A stretch of 64,000 nt of DNA from Trichoplax adhaerens (Eukaryota; Animalia; Placozoa), in assembly GCF_000150275.1 (NCBI RefSeq), contig NW_002060951.1, forward strand, positions 2,662,580 through 2,726,579, written 5' to 3'. The position numbers and the translations under genes are program-made. Positions 27,453-40,985 of this stretch are shown one piece after another. Under the pieces are notes generated by a model. It worked only from the letters and a program-made list of their open reading frames with translations. It did not search any database and was not told where the DNA came from. Position 1 is the stretch's first letter. Every line of letters begins with the position of its first letter.

Positions 27453-28435
27453 TGTAAACAACCTGCTATCTGAGTTTATTCGACCGAAGATAGTCTATGA
27501 TGCTACAATTTATAACGGAACACTCCCCACGTCCTTCAATTCATGAATGTGTGATTTAGCGGAGTTTTGATTGACCTTCGGTCGATTACCTTCTTACAAA
27601 GTGCTCTTATATGGAGATAAACTTAGGGTTACGGAAGGTGCATAATAAGCAATTGCGGTAAATTGCAGCTATCCCTAATGATGGTCACAGGACTGTGTAA
27701 CTACCAGCTACTGTATTCATCAAGTGCGGTACTGTCGTTACAAGATTGTACTGTACATATTTTGTTAATGTTTTTAAACTTTTCAAGTGAAACGAAGTAT
27801 TGTAGATGAAGATAATCGATTTCTTATAATTATAAATAAATATGATATCTAATTGGTGAACCTTTTCAATCTGTTGGATACCAGATGCATTAAGTATGAT
27901 ATTTTAAATTGTTATATAAGATGGATTTTCAACAATTTAAGCCTGTTGCATTTGCAATGAATTTATTACGGTTTCGGTCTATTCGGATTTACTGTACTGT
28001 AGCGCTTTCCATAACTTTTGCTGTTAAAATCGACAGACTACGAGACCATTACATAACGTAATGGCTTAGTTGTTAGTTGAATGGGAGTCGATGTGATAAA
28101 TCATATGGTTTGATAATAATAATAATAAAAATCAGAATAAGTTCTTATTATCTAGTATTCACCTTAAATATTGTCAACTTTTTAGATACTGCTAGTAGTA
28201 CTATGTGTTCCACATTTATTAGTTTCATAACTGAAACAGCTGTTTTTATTACACTTTTATCCAATGAATTCCTCTAAATAGTATAACGGTACGGTAATTT
28301 CATTAATCAATTAATTTTTCTTGTAGCAACTGCTTTTGCGTTTCTATTTCTATTACTTGTAGAACTTTAGTGTTCGCAGATAATGCAAACTGTCCCAGTG
28401 CATCTTGTCTATTGAATTTTAGAATAAAAGCGAGA

Positions 28436-30284
28436 ATGGGTTGTCATCTTTCAAAAAAAGTCTACCGTTATCATAATGTTTCGAGTGACCCTGGTATTAA
28501 AACGTATTCACGATATGAACATCCGAAAGAAGAATTATTACCTAGTATGCTTAAATCGGATAAAAAATGGCTAATTATTGATACAGACGCTGGTATTGAT
28601 AGCGCTTTAGCGATCTTGTTGGCTCTACATCATGATGATGTGGGTAATATTCTAGCTATCACGTGCGTCAACGGAATTGTAACAGTAGATCAAGCAGTCA
28701 AAAATGTCGTATATGTTCTTAATATTTGTGATTGTGATACTATTCCAATATATAAAGGATCAGATCGACCTCTTGTTGGAGATGGATTGGCAAACGAACC
28801 CTGTTATAATGGTCAAGATGGTTTAGGTGATATTCATGATCGTTTTGATTCTAGATTGTTTTATAATAAAATCGTCAGGTCGGAGAATGCAATTAATATC
28901 ATGGTTTCACTTGCCAGCCGGTATGAAGGAAAAATTAGTTTGATTGCCTTAGGTCCATTGACTAACTTAGCTTTAGCCTGCAAAGTAAATCGAAATTTTC
29001 CTCGGCAGTTAAGAGATTTAACAATATTAGGTGGAAGGTACTGTCCAGGTACGTATCGAAACACATGCAACATATAGTTTTTCTTAGAATAGAGGGCGCG
29101 ACGTCTCTAGAGTTTTAGTCTGATTTCCTATAGTATATACTGTAGGTACAATACATAAATTAGCATTAATACGTTTTATATATTACTGTGTTCCATATAA
29201 TATATCTTAAATTTTAAAACAGATATCTTAAAAATGTACTATATTAGCCACGCTAGTTTCTATGTACACACCTCGTGTGCTCCATCGTACTTAACAAAAT
29301 TGCCTTTCATCATCAATACAGAATATCCTAGATTAACTTTATTGTTAATATATCTTGATATATAAATGATAATTCAAAATCTATTTCTTATATTTATATC
29401 GTAATAAATTCGTTCCGTGTATCTCATCTCAATTTCATGTACGTTATAGTTCTTTACTTTCTGTAAATCTTCCAATACAATTTCCTGCTTTCTATATAAT
29501 AGAATCTCACTCTAAAGTTCGTATACTGTGTGAACTTTCATCTTATACTACAGCATTTATATTATTGTCCTATTTACTACTTGTAACTATTTTTCTTTGC
29601 ACATGATTTATTTACTAGCTAATTTTCTTATTACAAAATTGACTTATCACAGTTTGTATGAGGCTATTTACTACAGGTGTATATTCATATACTCTATTTC
29701 TGTAGCATTCTTTCATGTGATTATAGGTAATACTACATGCTAGTGTGATCAATGCTGAGTCATCTAACGATTTGTGCTTGAAAAACAATTATAAAATCAA
29801 TTTGTAATTGATAGGTCTGGAAGATGCGCTAAACAGTAAAGAATCAAACTTTCTGATAGATCCAGAAGCCGCTCACATAGTGCTAAAAGAATATCCCCTT
29901 ATGTGCCCTACGCGTATCATTAATGGAGAAACAGTAGTCCATCATCCAATAAATTTCCAGTGGACAAATGATGTTTGGTTGAAGAATGATACCAAAAAAA
30001 GTGGTTTTGTTGAACAAATTGTTAGTAAAGCCTTACAATTCTATCGACGGAGAGATACTAACGGATATTATGTCTTTGATCCAACAGCAACGGCTGTTGC
30101 TATTGATCCACATATCGTCATTGGTGCTACTCAAATCAAAGTGGAAGTTAATTTGAGAGATCCTGATTGTCGAGGTCATATAGAAATTAAGTTGCAAGGC
30201 TCTGAGGAAGATGGAAATTTACTTCTTGTTCAAAACATTAACGTTGATGTGCTGAAAGACATGCTCTGGAACACAGTTAAATGA
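28436..30284 (+). CDS. Nucleoside hydrolase paralog C (~360 aa), N-terminal MGCHLSKK acylation motif, degenerate active site
   Basis: Exons 28436-29048 and 29815-30284 (1083 nt, intact frame). DTDAGIDSA, VNGIV, YNGQDGLGD, GPLTNLA, ESNFLIDPEAA, YVFDP. A splice acceptor at 28421-28422 precedes the ATG. Confidence 0.9.
29141..29552 (+). mobile_element. Possible diverged LTR-like insertion in the NH-C intron
   Basis: TGTAG...CTACA ends, TATATAAA followed by AATAAA, and short blocks (atctcaat, ttcctgct) in the same order as in the family A LTR sense strand. No TSD; an alternative end is 29675. Confidence 0.3.
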
Positions 30285-31514
30285 TAATAATAAGCCTTAT
30301 TTTACAGACTTATTTGTCTGTCTCAAACACGGTATTATTCCTAAGTAATATTTAGCATAAGTTTATTTGTTACTCGTAGTGGTATTTAATTATTACTGCA
30401 AAAGGTATAAAACACAGATTTAAGTTATTACGAATTATTAAATCGATATAATTTGTCATGGATAGAAGCAGATACATATTTGCATATAGTAGACAGGAAA
30501 ATATTTTTAGTTCCCTTAGCTTAAAGTAAGCAGGGTTTCTAAAAATACCGGTAGCACGTGCAAAATCCGTTAGCGTAAGGATGATTACTAGTGATAACTC
30601 AAATATTTCTAAAGTAATACTAAGGATATACGTAGTAATGCACCAATATTAGATGTTACAAATTATGATTAAGTAAGTGCAAGTTAATACAGTCACTGTA
30701 AAATCAATTCGAAATGCAGTAATACTAGTTGAGTCTGCATAAGAGAAAGGAATTTAGCCATATTAATGTCCCTAACTATCGAGAAATTATATATTTATCA
30801 TCTATTTAAAGTTATTAATAGTAATTTGATATATGTACTACAGTATATCATTAATTAGCCAGTCATAAAATTGCTATCACGCAATCATTTACCTCGATTC
30901 TTTATTAATAAACTTAAAAAATTAATAACCAAAACATGAACAAATTTTAAAGCAGTTATCGCCTTAGGAGAATATTAATCACGGTAGTCAACTCGGCGAT
31001 TATACAACACTTTATGCAATAGATAAAATAATATTGCTCGTCTCTAGAAACGCTCTTATAGCAAACTAATTTATGTATACAAAGATATTTAGCTGTATGT
31101 AATTTCCAATCTTAAACAGCCAATAAAATGTTCAAATCCTTTTTAGTGATTAAAAAATATCATAACAATATAAGGCTACCAATTAATTTAGACATTAACG
31201 AAGGTTTCGTAAATGACTAATTTACGTCTTCAATAATTATAATTATATTGACTTGAATTACTAAATTTAATTAGGAGCCAATAACAATGTCAAGGGGAAA
31301 AACTAAAATAATAGCTTATACTGCTTATAAATAATTAAGCCGCATTTCAAAACTACTAGGGACGAAATTAAAATTTTCCATGCGGCATATATTACATTTG
31401 ATGAACTTTCTGTATCTGCATCGATGGAAGTCAATCAACATTAAACTCACTGAAAAGTATTATGAACAAATTTTGCCATCCTCAAGTCTTTACACCAGAA
31501 GAATTTTAGATTTG

Positions 31515-34125
31515 CTAGCGACATTCCCAAACTTTAATCGTTAAATCAACACTACCTGTGATAACGAACGGTGACGAACGATGAAAATCTGAAAAAACAA
31601 CGACATTAGGATCTAACCAACTTAATTAAAACGTCAAAACAATAATTATTGTGAAGCACGTTACTAAACAACGCTGCTTCTGTACCTATTGTAGTAACAA
31701 AATGATTATGAGCCTCTAGACTTTTTGAACATCTTTTATGTCTTAATTCCCAAATTTTGATAGTCTTATCGTCCGAAGCGCTAGTAAGGTATTTACCACC
31801 AGCATGAAATGCTAAACCTCTAACCCAATTATCATGGCCCACCTATGATAATTAAAAATAACTATGAGCGCAAGATACTTCTTTTTAAGGCTATTAGCGT
31901 CATACACAAAAATAAGGGTATACCAATGAAAATAGGCAAACTGCAGTAGTGACATCCCATATTTTAATTACACGATCTCGAGAACCAGAAGCTAAAAATG
32001 GGCCAGACTTTTGTCCCTTCGGCACTTCTGTACCACTGGCCTCATTAATATACCTATTGCAACTTTCTGGAGCCCACTTAATACATTCAACTACATGTTC
32101 ATGACCTCTCAATTCTTCTTTGCATTCTTTACTGGATAGTGACCAAATGCGAACAGTCTAGAAAGGTAAATGATTGCAATAAATCTTAAAGTTTCTACAA
32201 AATTTTTTAATATTTACGTTTATACGATAGCGGGAGCATTTCACCTGATCGTTGGAACAACTTGCCATTAGAGATCCTAAAGAATTAAGGTGCAGTTGTT
32301 GAATTATGGGCTACAAAATTGTAACATTCAAATTGCGCTAATAATATCGCTAACCGTCAGATGCAACAGCAACTCGTCTCACCCATTCCCTATGACCTTC
32401 GAAATTATAAACACAGTACCTAACAGAATACGGCAAATCATACTACGATTAAATGCGTATAAACGTTAACGATTTCTTAGAGGCTAATACTAACCCAGTT
32501 GCAACTTCCCACATTTTAATAGTTTTGTCTCTTGAGGAAGATAATAAAAAGTCGCCGGACGGGAGAAAGCATACCGATGAAACATTATGATCGTGACCTT
32601 AAAGTAATATCATTTTGATATCACAAAAATGTCCAGTTAGAGTAATGTTCGTATGATTATTAACAAGCCGTTATAACACTGACCACGAAGTGTCATTCTG
32701 CATTCAAAAGTTTGAAAATCCCATATTTTGACAGTCATATCAGCAGAGGAAGATGCTGTCGAAAAGTGTTACAAGAAATATCTAATAAATTTACTGTAAA
32801 ATAGCTATTAAAATTGCAAGATTAAAAGCTTACCGAGTAATTTACCACTAGAATCAAAGGCCAAATCTTGAACTGAATCAGTATGTCCTCTCAATGTTCT
32901 TTCAAAATCGCCAGATTCATAATCCCAGATCTAAGAAAAATAGCGCGTTAATCAACTGTAAAAGCTTATCGTTTATCATAAAATAATTATACCCTAATAT
33001 AAATTAATATAACCTTCATCGAGGCGTCTTCTGATGAAGAAACCATAACGTTATATACTGGGTGGAACACAACACAGGTAATAGGACTTCGATGACCAGA
33101 AAGACTATGTCTATAAAGTACAATCGATAATTTGTTTTATAACACTTGGCTCAACGTGAGAAGCAGAATAGAGGATTCGATAAATTACTTTTCCGGTGGT
33201 CTGGGGATCCAGTCGTTTGAGGAACGAGAATTTCTTGTTGGAACTGCACAGTTAAGTAGATGGTATTAATACCATAATGATAACACTAATGTTACAGATA
33301 AATCTTCTAACCTCCGCTGTTCATTTCTCTTGTTGTATTATTAAGCCTTAATTCAAGATCCATAACCTATCATCATAAAATAATCTTATCCTTCATAATG
33401 GTTCATTTGTTCATATTAATAATGAGGATAATTATAATTCTTTAGTAATTGATAACTTTTACGCAGGCATTTATCATTTGTGGCAATTTTAAGATTATGC
33501 TTACTTTCTTCTGCAATCTTACTACTGAGGTCCATTTTTTCTCTAATAAGCCGCTGTACTTTTTGTTATCAATTTCCTTGGGCTAACAAGATCAAAACGA
33601 ATATAGAATTTCATCAACAGTATTTCATGGTTCTAGTACAGTTACAAAACGAAAATTAATCTATTTTAACTACTCCTTCAATGTATAGCGCCCTCAGAAA
33701 GAAAAATAGGATCCAGCAGACTAAGAAAGGTAAATAGAAGTTATAAGAGTAGCTATGGCCACGTACAATTGATGCATCTTTTTTAAAGGCTTCCAGGGCG
33801 TTAGTATATCCACATGATTGAAGGTAATCAGCGACAGCGAAACGCCTAGCGTTGGTAAATGGTAGAGTTAAAATAATCTGTTCATCAATCCATAGCTAAC
33901 AAGTCTCTTATCGCAATAAAAATTGTATATCACATACGCGTGCAGTACATTTTATTAAAATAAGCAGATTAGTGACCGTTCTAGAGACAATATAATAAAA
34001 CTTCATTGCTATAATACTTAACATTGTATCCATCTCATTTTAATATTATATATAATATCAGCTTATGGTTAGGGGTTAAAGCTTGGAACTTACAGTTCTT
34101 CTTCTTGCTTTGGTGATAGTACCAT
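31515..34125 (-). CDS. PAFAH1B1: Lissencephaly-1 (LIS1) dynein regulator, LisH + coiled coil + WD40, multi-exon
   Basis: [11 protein letters not shown] start, [61 protein letters not shown]-terminal [18 protein letters not shown] introns. An acceptor near 34196 implies an upstream non-coding exon. Confidence 0.96.
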
Positions 34126-36429
34126 ATTCGGATAGTTGTACGCAAAGATTGCAGGTATACTTACGCTACAAAAATTCCTTTTAAGCTACTTTAGACCTAC
34201 AATACACTATGGAGCCATTAAAAATAAAGCACACGTTATACAATATCCAGATAACTACTAGGCAAAATCTATTCCAGAATCACAAATCATAAATTACAGT
34301 ACTAAAACTTTGCCAAAAGGGACGAAATTGCCCATAATTCGTACTTTGTCGCCGATATATTGTGCTATAAATAGATACTATAATAAAATAAATCTGAGTC
34401 TGTTTTTGATCAACTCAATTAATGGTTTAAAAAAATCAGATAAGAACTTGTAGGTAGGATGCATGCGTTTCTTCACGTAGATCATCAAATCGTAACGTGC
34501 GTCACAGACGCTTTACAATAATACTAACGTAATTTTTTACTAAATCGTTTATTAGAGCGGATCATCAGGCAGACTATTATGATTAACTAACCTGAATCAA
34601 GAAATGCAATGATGTAGTAAAATTCCCTTTACATTTAAATAAATACCGTATCAGATGAGGGCAATCTCTCAACCCGACGTATCAAATTATATTGGGAGCT
34701 ATTTTGCTAAGAACTTCTGTCTACAGCACTGTATTGTTTCTAGTCTATATTAAGTGTCCGTACACGCGTAACGTATTGCCAATGGCAATGGGAGAGGTAA
34801 AGGAAGCAACCCTAACAATTGTATTTAATGTAAATAGAATCAATACAGTATTTCCCCAGATGCAATAATGCACTGTTTTCTAACTTAAACTTCGAATACA
34901 GTATTCATTCAAATTTCAAAACAACAAAATACTTGTGGACTTTGAGATGTTACTAAAAGTATTTCAACTGTAGTATAGCAATAGGACATTTAAGACTATT
35001 CTAGGTCACGATGTAAAATATTTCAAATAGAGATTGCTCTTGTAAGATTTTAATAATTCTAATTTCATACATCATTTAGCATGTAACGCAGTACAATTAT
35101 TCAATGCTACTAGACAATTCTGTCGAGGGGACTTTGCACAATAATGTACTTCAGTGTATCGTATCACATAAAGTTTTTTAACTGGATCGCAAGAAAGATG
35201 CATAGTGTATAAGCAGTATCTCTCGCGATTCATAAAATATAGACTACTGGATACAGACCAAAAGATAAGTCTTCATTCAAGTTAAAATTGTCATACGAAT
35301 ATGGTGCAGAGAAGAGTGCTCTGTAGACCACCTTGCATTCGTGGTTGAACTGAATCAAATCAGCCATAGCGGCCCATACTCATACTCATACATGCGGTAA
35401 ACGAATCAACAAACTGAGATGTAAGCGTACATGCCCAACTAGCAGTTTACTTCTTTCGCACCCACGGAATACTGTAATTAATGGAAGGACAACTGTATTT
35501 AACACCGTTTATAGCATGGATCTCATTAATAAACAGTTGTGTAAACCGACCGCGACTTGTTGTAATGTGAAATTAGATAATTTATAATGTATACAGTATA
35601 TTTAAACGATATTCCTCACCTTTATAAAGTATGTATACAGTACAGTACTGTCCATTTACTCGTATTCGATCCTGAATTAATTAATTACTAAGTGAATAAG
35701 ATACTCAGGCGCAATGAATTTGCGTTACCTTACTAGTATGTAGGGATCGATTGCAATAATTGTAAGGTCTAGTAATGTAAATGCAGAAAGTACTACTGTA
35801 CTAGAGGCAAAAACATTAGAGCACTGCTTCTGTCTAACATACCATGAATGTATAGTGCGTGTACAGTATTAATTAACATGGTCTCTGAATAGTGGAAAAC
35901 GTAGTGTTTCTGTTCTCCACGATCAAGGTGATCAAGGAAATATTACAACTACAGCATCACTACTGTACAATCCAAAACTTGATTAGGTGCTATAAGTATA
36001 ACCGTGTGAACTAAAGTCAAGAATGATAGCGTCGTAGTGCCATAAACTAACGATAATTTGTCAGTAAATTCAATCAAAATAGGTCGTGAAACTTTTAAAT
36101 TTTGCGAGAATTCTAAAACTGAAATAGCAAATCATGTTCAAGATACTGTACGTAATAGAAGGCGTTTGCGTAAAAATGCAATTAATAAGAGGCCGCTGCT
36201 ATAAAAATTGTTTAACACTGGATTCAAAAATAACCTACCTACAATATATAATGTATCAATAACGGTTTTCTTATATTTGTTCAATCGCTTTTAATTCTTC
36301 CTATAAATTGGAAATTGTAGCATTTAATAAATAAAAGTATTATCCATAACCTCTGCAGCTTGTACGCGAAAGCACTGTGCAATGCAAAACGACGCCGATC
36401 TGGATTTTAGAAGTCAATGGCTCAAGAGA

Positions 36430-37900
36430 CACTACAGTACTGCTTGTTAGCTTTTTAAAGGTTGCAGCACAGTATCGTGCATCATACATAGTACAATACT
36501 GTAGCATGTTGCGGCTGCGTGAGCGCTCTGGCTCAGCACGCGATGTCGTAGATTAACTTGAATATAATAAAAAATATACAGTATATAAATATAATATACT
36601 GCCATTAGTAAGTAACACTAGCTGCCATAGTACTGTACAGTACTATACTACAGGACTACAGTACAGTACTGTACTACTCACTGCTTAGTACTGTACTAAA
36701 AAGTTTTAATTTACAGTACATAGTACAGTACGTACTGTACAGTGTGCACTGTACTGTACAGTACAGAATACTGTACAACTGTAGTACTGTACAGTACAGT
36801 ACAGTATATTGTACAATACTGTACATACTGTACTGTACAGTACTGTACTATACTGTACACTGTACAGTACCTAGTCCTTCAGTTGGCAGTCTGCAAATAC
36901 CAATCTCAGCTCTTAGATAAGTCTGGTCCATTACCTCTATGATCTCGTCAGATCATATAATTGGGGAATTTACAAAAATCGTACCAATATATCTGACCAC
37001 TCATCTTTTTAGGCAGAGTGTAATAAGATAGCATGTATTTTTTTATTATTTTAATCACGATGCTGTGCTGTACGAAGTACGAAAAATCGTTCTTGTGCCG
37101 GTATAACTACACTGTACAATGTACAGTGTACATGTATTAATTAGTGTATAAACAGAGGTAAAATGAGTTTGACACCCCTTGTATAAAGGTATAAAAAGTC
37201 TTACAGTTTACTGAATACAGTATCACGTACTGTACTAACAGTACTGTAAATACACGAATTAACTGTAAATAATTAAATGAATTAATTAATGAATAAACAG
37301 TTGATCCACATTGGTAACACTCATTTATTTCTGAGATGAAATCGATGTTAGATAAGTTGGTAACAAAAGCGATGAAAAACTAATCGACGACGATTACATT
37401 ACTGTACAATCAGAGGTTGTGCAAAAGTATGGCTAGGTGTACTGTACTCGTACAGTATACTGTAGGTACTGTGCTCGTATATTGTTTTTCTTGGAAACTG
37501 CGTAAAAAAATTTCTTAAATTAGAATATAAAATTTCATCTAATACTCGTACAGTACAGTACTGTAAATTCATTCTTCGTTTGTTAATAAAATAGTGATTA
37601 CGCTTGTATAATTTCAAAATGAATCGATTACTGTACAATATGTAACCTATCGTGGGTCTATTATAAGTACAGTACAATAGATACTGTATTACGAAAATTG
37701 TTATAATAATTTCGTTTCTCTCGCGGTTACTTTATTTAACTGGCACATTTCATGGAGTAAGATGCTTTTTCCTCCTCCCACTTTCACGTAATCCATACTA
37801 TACAATACTGTACGCGTATATTTAAAAAACTAACTTTACTGTACTCTACACCTGACAGTGTACAGTACAGTCTCTAAATAAGGGTCTCTACTGTACTGTG
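36430..37900. promoter_or_regulatory. GTAC-based repeat field, probable LIS1 promoter / first-exon region
   Basis: Very dense TACAGTAC/GTACTGTA units at 36630-36870, with more at 37110-37130, 37440-37470, 37550 and 37860-37900. A minus-strand donor-like site AG|GTACTG lies at 36871/36870. The link to LIS1 is inferred. Confidence 0.45.
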
Positions 37901-40001
37901 TGTAAAGCTACGGTACAATAATAAATACGGTATATTAATAAATATTATATTATTATTCGCTAAGTTACGTTTGTATGAGTGACATACTACACTACAGTAT
38001 ACTGTGCAACTATCCTCAAACCACGAATAGTACTCGCGAGTCTACCTACACCCGTTATGCATTAAAATGACTCATCATCTTGCTGTAACGGTTTTAGGTT
38101 AAGTTTTCATTTGAGCGCCTGTCCTGCTCCTTACTCTTACATGTATAACAATGATAACTGGTCTTTTATACTATGGACTATATTTGTACATATGCGACGA
38201 GCAGGGCTTAATAATGTAATTCTTTAATTTTGTTGTATCGAACGATACTGGATATGAGTAAGGTAATACGAAGAAACGTCTACGTCTGTTCGACTATTTT
38301 CGTTCATGCGATAGCTCAAATAAAGTATCACGGAAATATTGCGTACGTATATTACTGATAAAGACTAGTTGCATGATTCCATTATCACTATTCGCTGGCC
38401 TTTAAAGTCTGAGTGATATACTCGTATTACTCTTACAACTATCGTTGAGTAAAATTTGAGCTACTATATTTAATTAATATACGTATTATTATTGCTACAG
38501 GGTATAGCATAGTGTCATAGACTACGACATATAATTTAGTAGTCTATTATATGTATTACTGTATTATAATTACCATTATTAATATTCCATATACAACAAT
38601 AATCAGTACTGTAATTTACTGTAGATTCTTTCTAATTTTGATACGATTAAATTATAAATTATAGTTTACTATCATGAGCGAATGTAATGTACGCAGTCAG
38701 ACAGTAGGTCCAAAACTAAATGCAACAACTGTCAGATAAGATCCAGAGATGATTCAGGATTAGAATAAGCTTTATTGCAATCGCACGACTGTGTTACAGC
38801 TAGTGATGTCAGTTATCCGTTATCAGATAATAAAATTTTGTTATCTACTATCTACTGTACTACCTGTCAATCAATAAGCTAAGTGGATCTGTAGGTACAA
38901 GTGAAGTTTATTGAAAGCCCGTTAGGCTTTTATAGTAGAGCTCCGTAAGATTACAGTAATCGCGTAATACGTTAAGGTATCTGATAAGCGGTAACATACG
39001 CTGTAAAGCAGTATACAACATACACACATAATACAGTGGTAATACGGTCTAACACGTAAGATAAGCGTATAGTTTAATCTACATTAATCTACACTACCCA
39101 CCTGCTTGCTATCATCGCGATGAAAACAGTTGTACTATACTATCGCAAGATACTGTTAAACAGCTTTAAAACTTCTAAGAATAGCGTTGTCAACGAATTA
39201 TCACAACCAAATTACAAGTTCTATACCCTTGACTCTATCTTAGGAAATATTTTGACAATCGATTGCTGGTCTTCCGCTATACAGGAACAGAGCACGTACT
39301 GATGATGAGACGATGAACGATGGGTAAATTGCTAAGTGCTACTATTCTATGACATATATTTACGTAGATATTTGCAATAGTACAATAACTGCAACATAAA
39401 CTAGCGTTATGAGTCACGATCCGTCTGCAATGCAATGCCAGCAAGACTAAACTGTAGTATTAGTTAGCGATCATTAATTAAGTTGCTATCATACAGAGTT
39501 ACAAGCACCGTACTACATTGCGTGTACTCTGCAACTAAGTACTTCATATACAGTATAATTATCATTATCCTTATTTACATAACTACATTCCATGATTCTA
39601 CTTTGCATACTCAGAGTTACTACAACATGTCACCGTTAAGAATTTAAGATGCAAGGAAACTGGAGTACTAATGCATCTTTTACTCAGTAAAACTAATAGG
39701 AACTACAAAAAACATTTTCATAATCTGTGTTTTCTTTTATAATACAACAAATTAACTTGATAATCTTTATTGTAAAAGTATGACTGTTATTGCAAGGTAT
39801 TAGCGTACCGCTGTATATTAGTCAGCATAACTGTGTTTACTGTTAGTGTGTAGTCAATGGTCTTTCATTCATTATTAATAATGGATCTTCATTCGCTTCG
39901 AATGGCTATATTGTAATATACTGTGGAATATAAAATCAATAAAATGATATTTTCTCCGCATTTGCGTTATCAATAGCGGCATTACTAATTTATATGATGC
40001 A

Positions 40002-40037
40002 ATTGTTAATTATAGACGTATTGTTAATTATAGACGT
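40002..40037. repeat. 18-bp tandem duplication
   Basis: attgttaattatagacgt occurs twice back to back. Confidence 0.85.
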
Positions 40038-40985
40038 GTGTTATAATATTAATTAATAGCGCGCTCTAACACAGACATTATTATAGTGAATCATCCATGA
40101 CTAAAAATGTAAACCTACAATCACTTCAAATTTTCTGGCTTGTAATGTAAATTGAACTGAAAGAATACGCATAACATCTCTAATCTCTTTTAGAGGTAAT
40201 TACTTAATTCCATATACTGCTACTACTGCCCCTATGGTGACATTGATAGACCGAAATATGTATTTATCGTCACTTAAAAATAGCATCAAGCTAACACTGA
40301 TATAATATAAAAACACGTAAAGATAAAACTATTTCGATGTCAAAGTGGAATTGTTAGCATAACTTAAGGTAAATATCGGTCCGCCCTGATTAAATTATCA
40401 ATCTTCATACTGAAAATGACCCAAAAGACGAAATTTAAATCTGAAATTCAGTTATAAACCCTTTATATTGCTAATTTTAATCGTATGAGATAAGAAACAC
40501 AAAGACTATTTAAATTAAGTTAGATAATTAATAGCTATATGCACTAATATATATTTAATAATCGATATTAAATCAGTCGTACGTGCAATCATCATATGCT
40601 AACACTGGCAGTAAATTAATTAAGTATAATATTTGTAAGAAATCATGTACAAGCAATATCTGATGGGCAATAATAGTATAAGAAGTAGTTAAATAAATTA
40701 TAAAGTATAAGACCTTATTTTATGTATAAATACAATCACGTTAACAAGAATCATAAAACAGAACTCTACTATGTTAATGCACTTCAATTAACTGTCTAGT
40801 TCATATTTTCATGATATCATTTAAATTGTGAGATATTGGATAAGGAAGACGATGAAAAGTTTATAAATTAACCAGAATTACGAATTGATCTACTCTGACA
40901 AATAATAGCTTTATGTCATGAGAAGATCGTAATTCGCATGTAGCAAAAGCCGATATTAGTAAGGCATATTGATAGAATCTTTCGA

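Noticed and set aside
31843-31925. LIS1 intron donor GTATACCCTT resembling a U12 5' splice site
   Set aside because: It deviates from GTATCCTT and there is no TCCTTAAC branch site.
36742-37677. Tyr/Cys/Thr/Val-rich ORFs (also 53873-54298)
   Set aside because: They are translations of the GTAC repeat fields, not real proteins.
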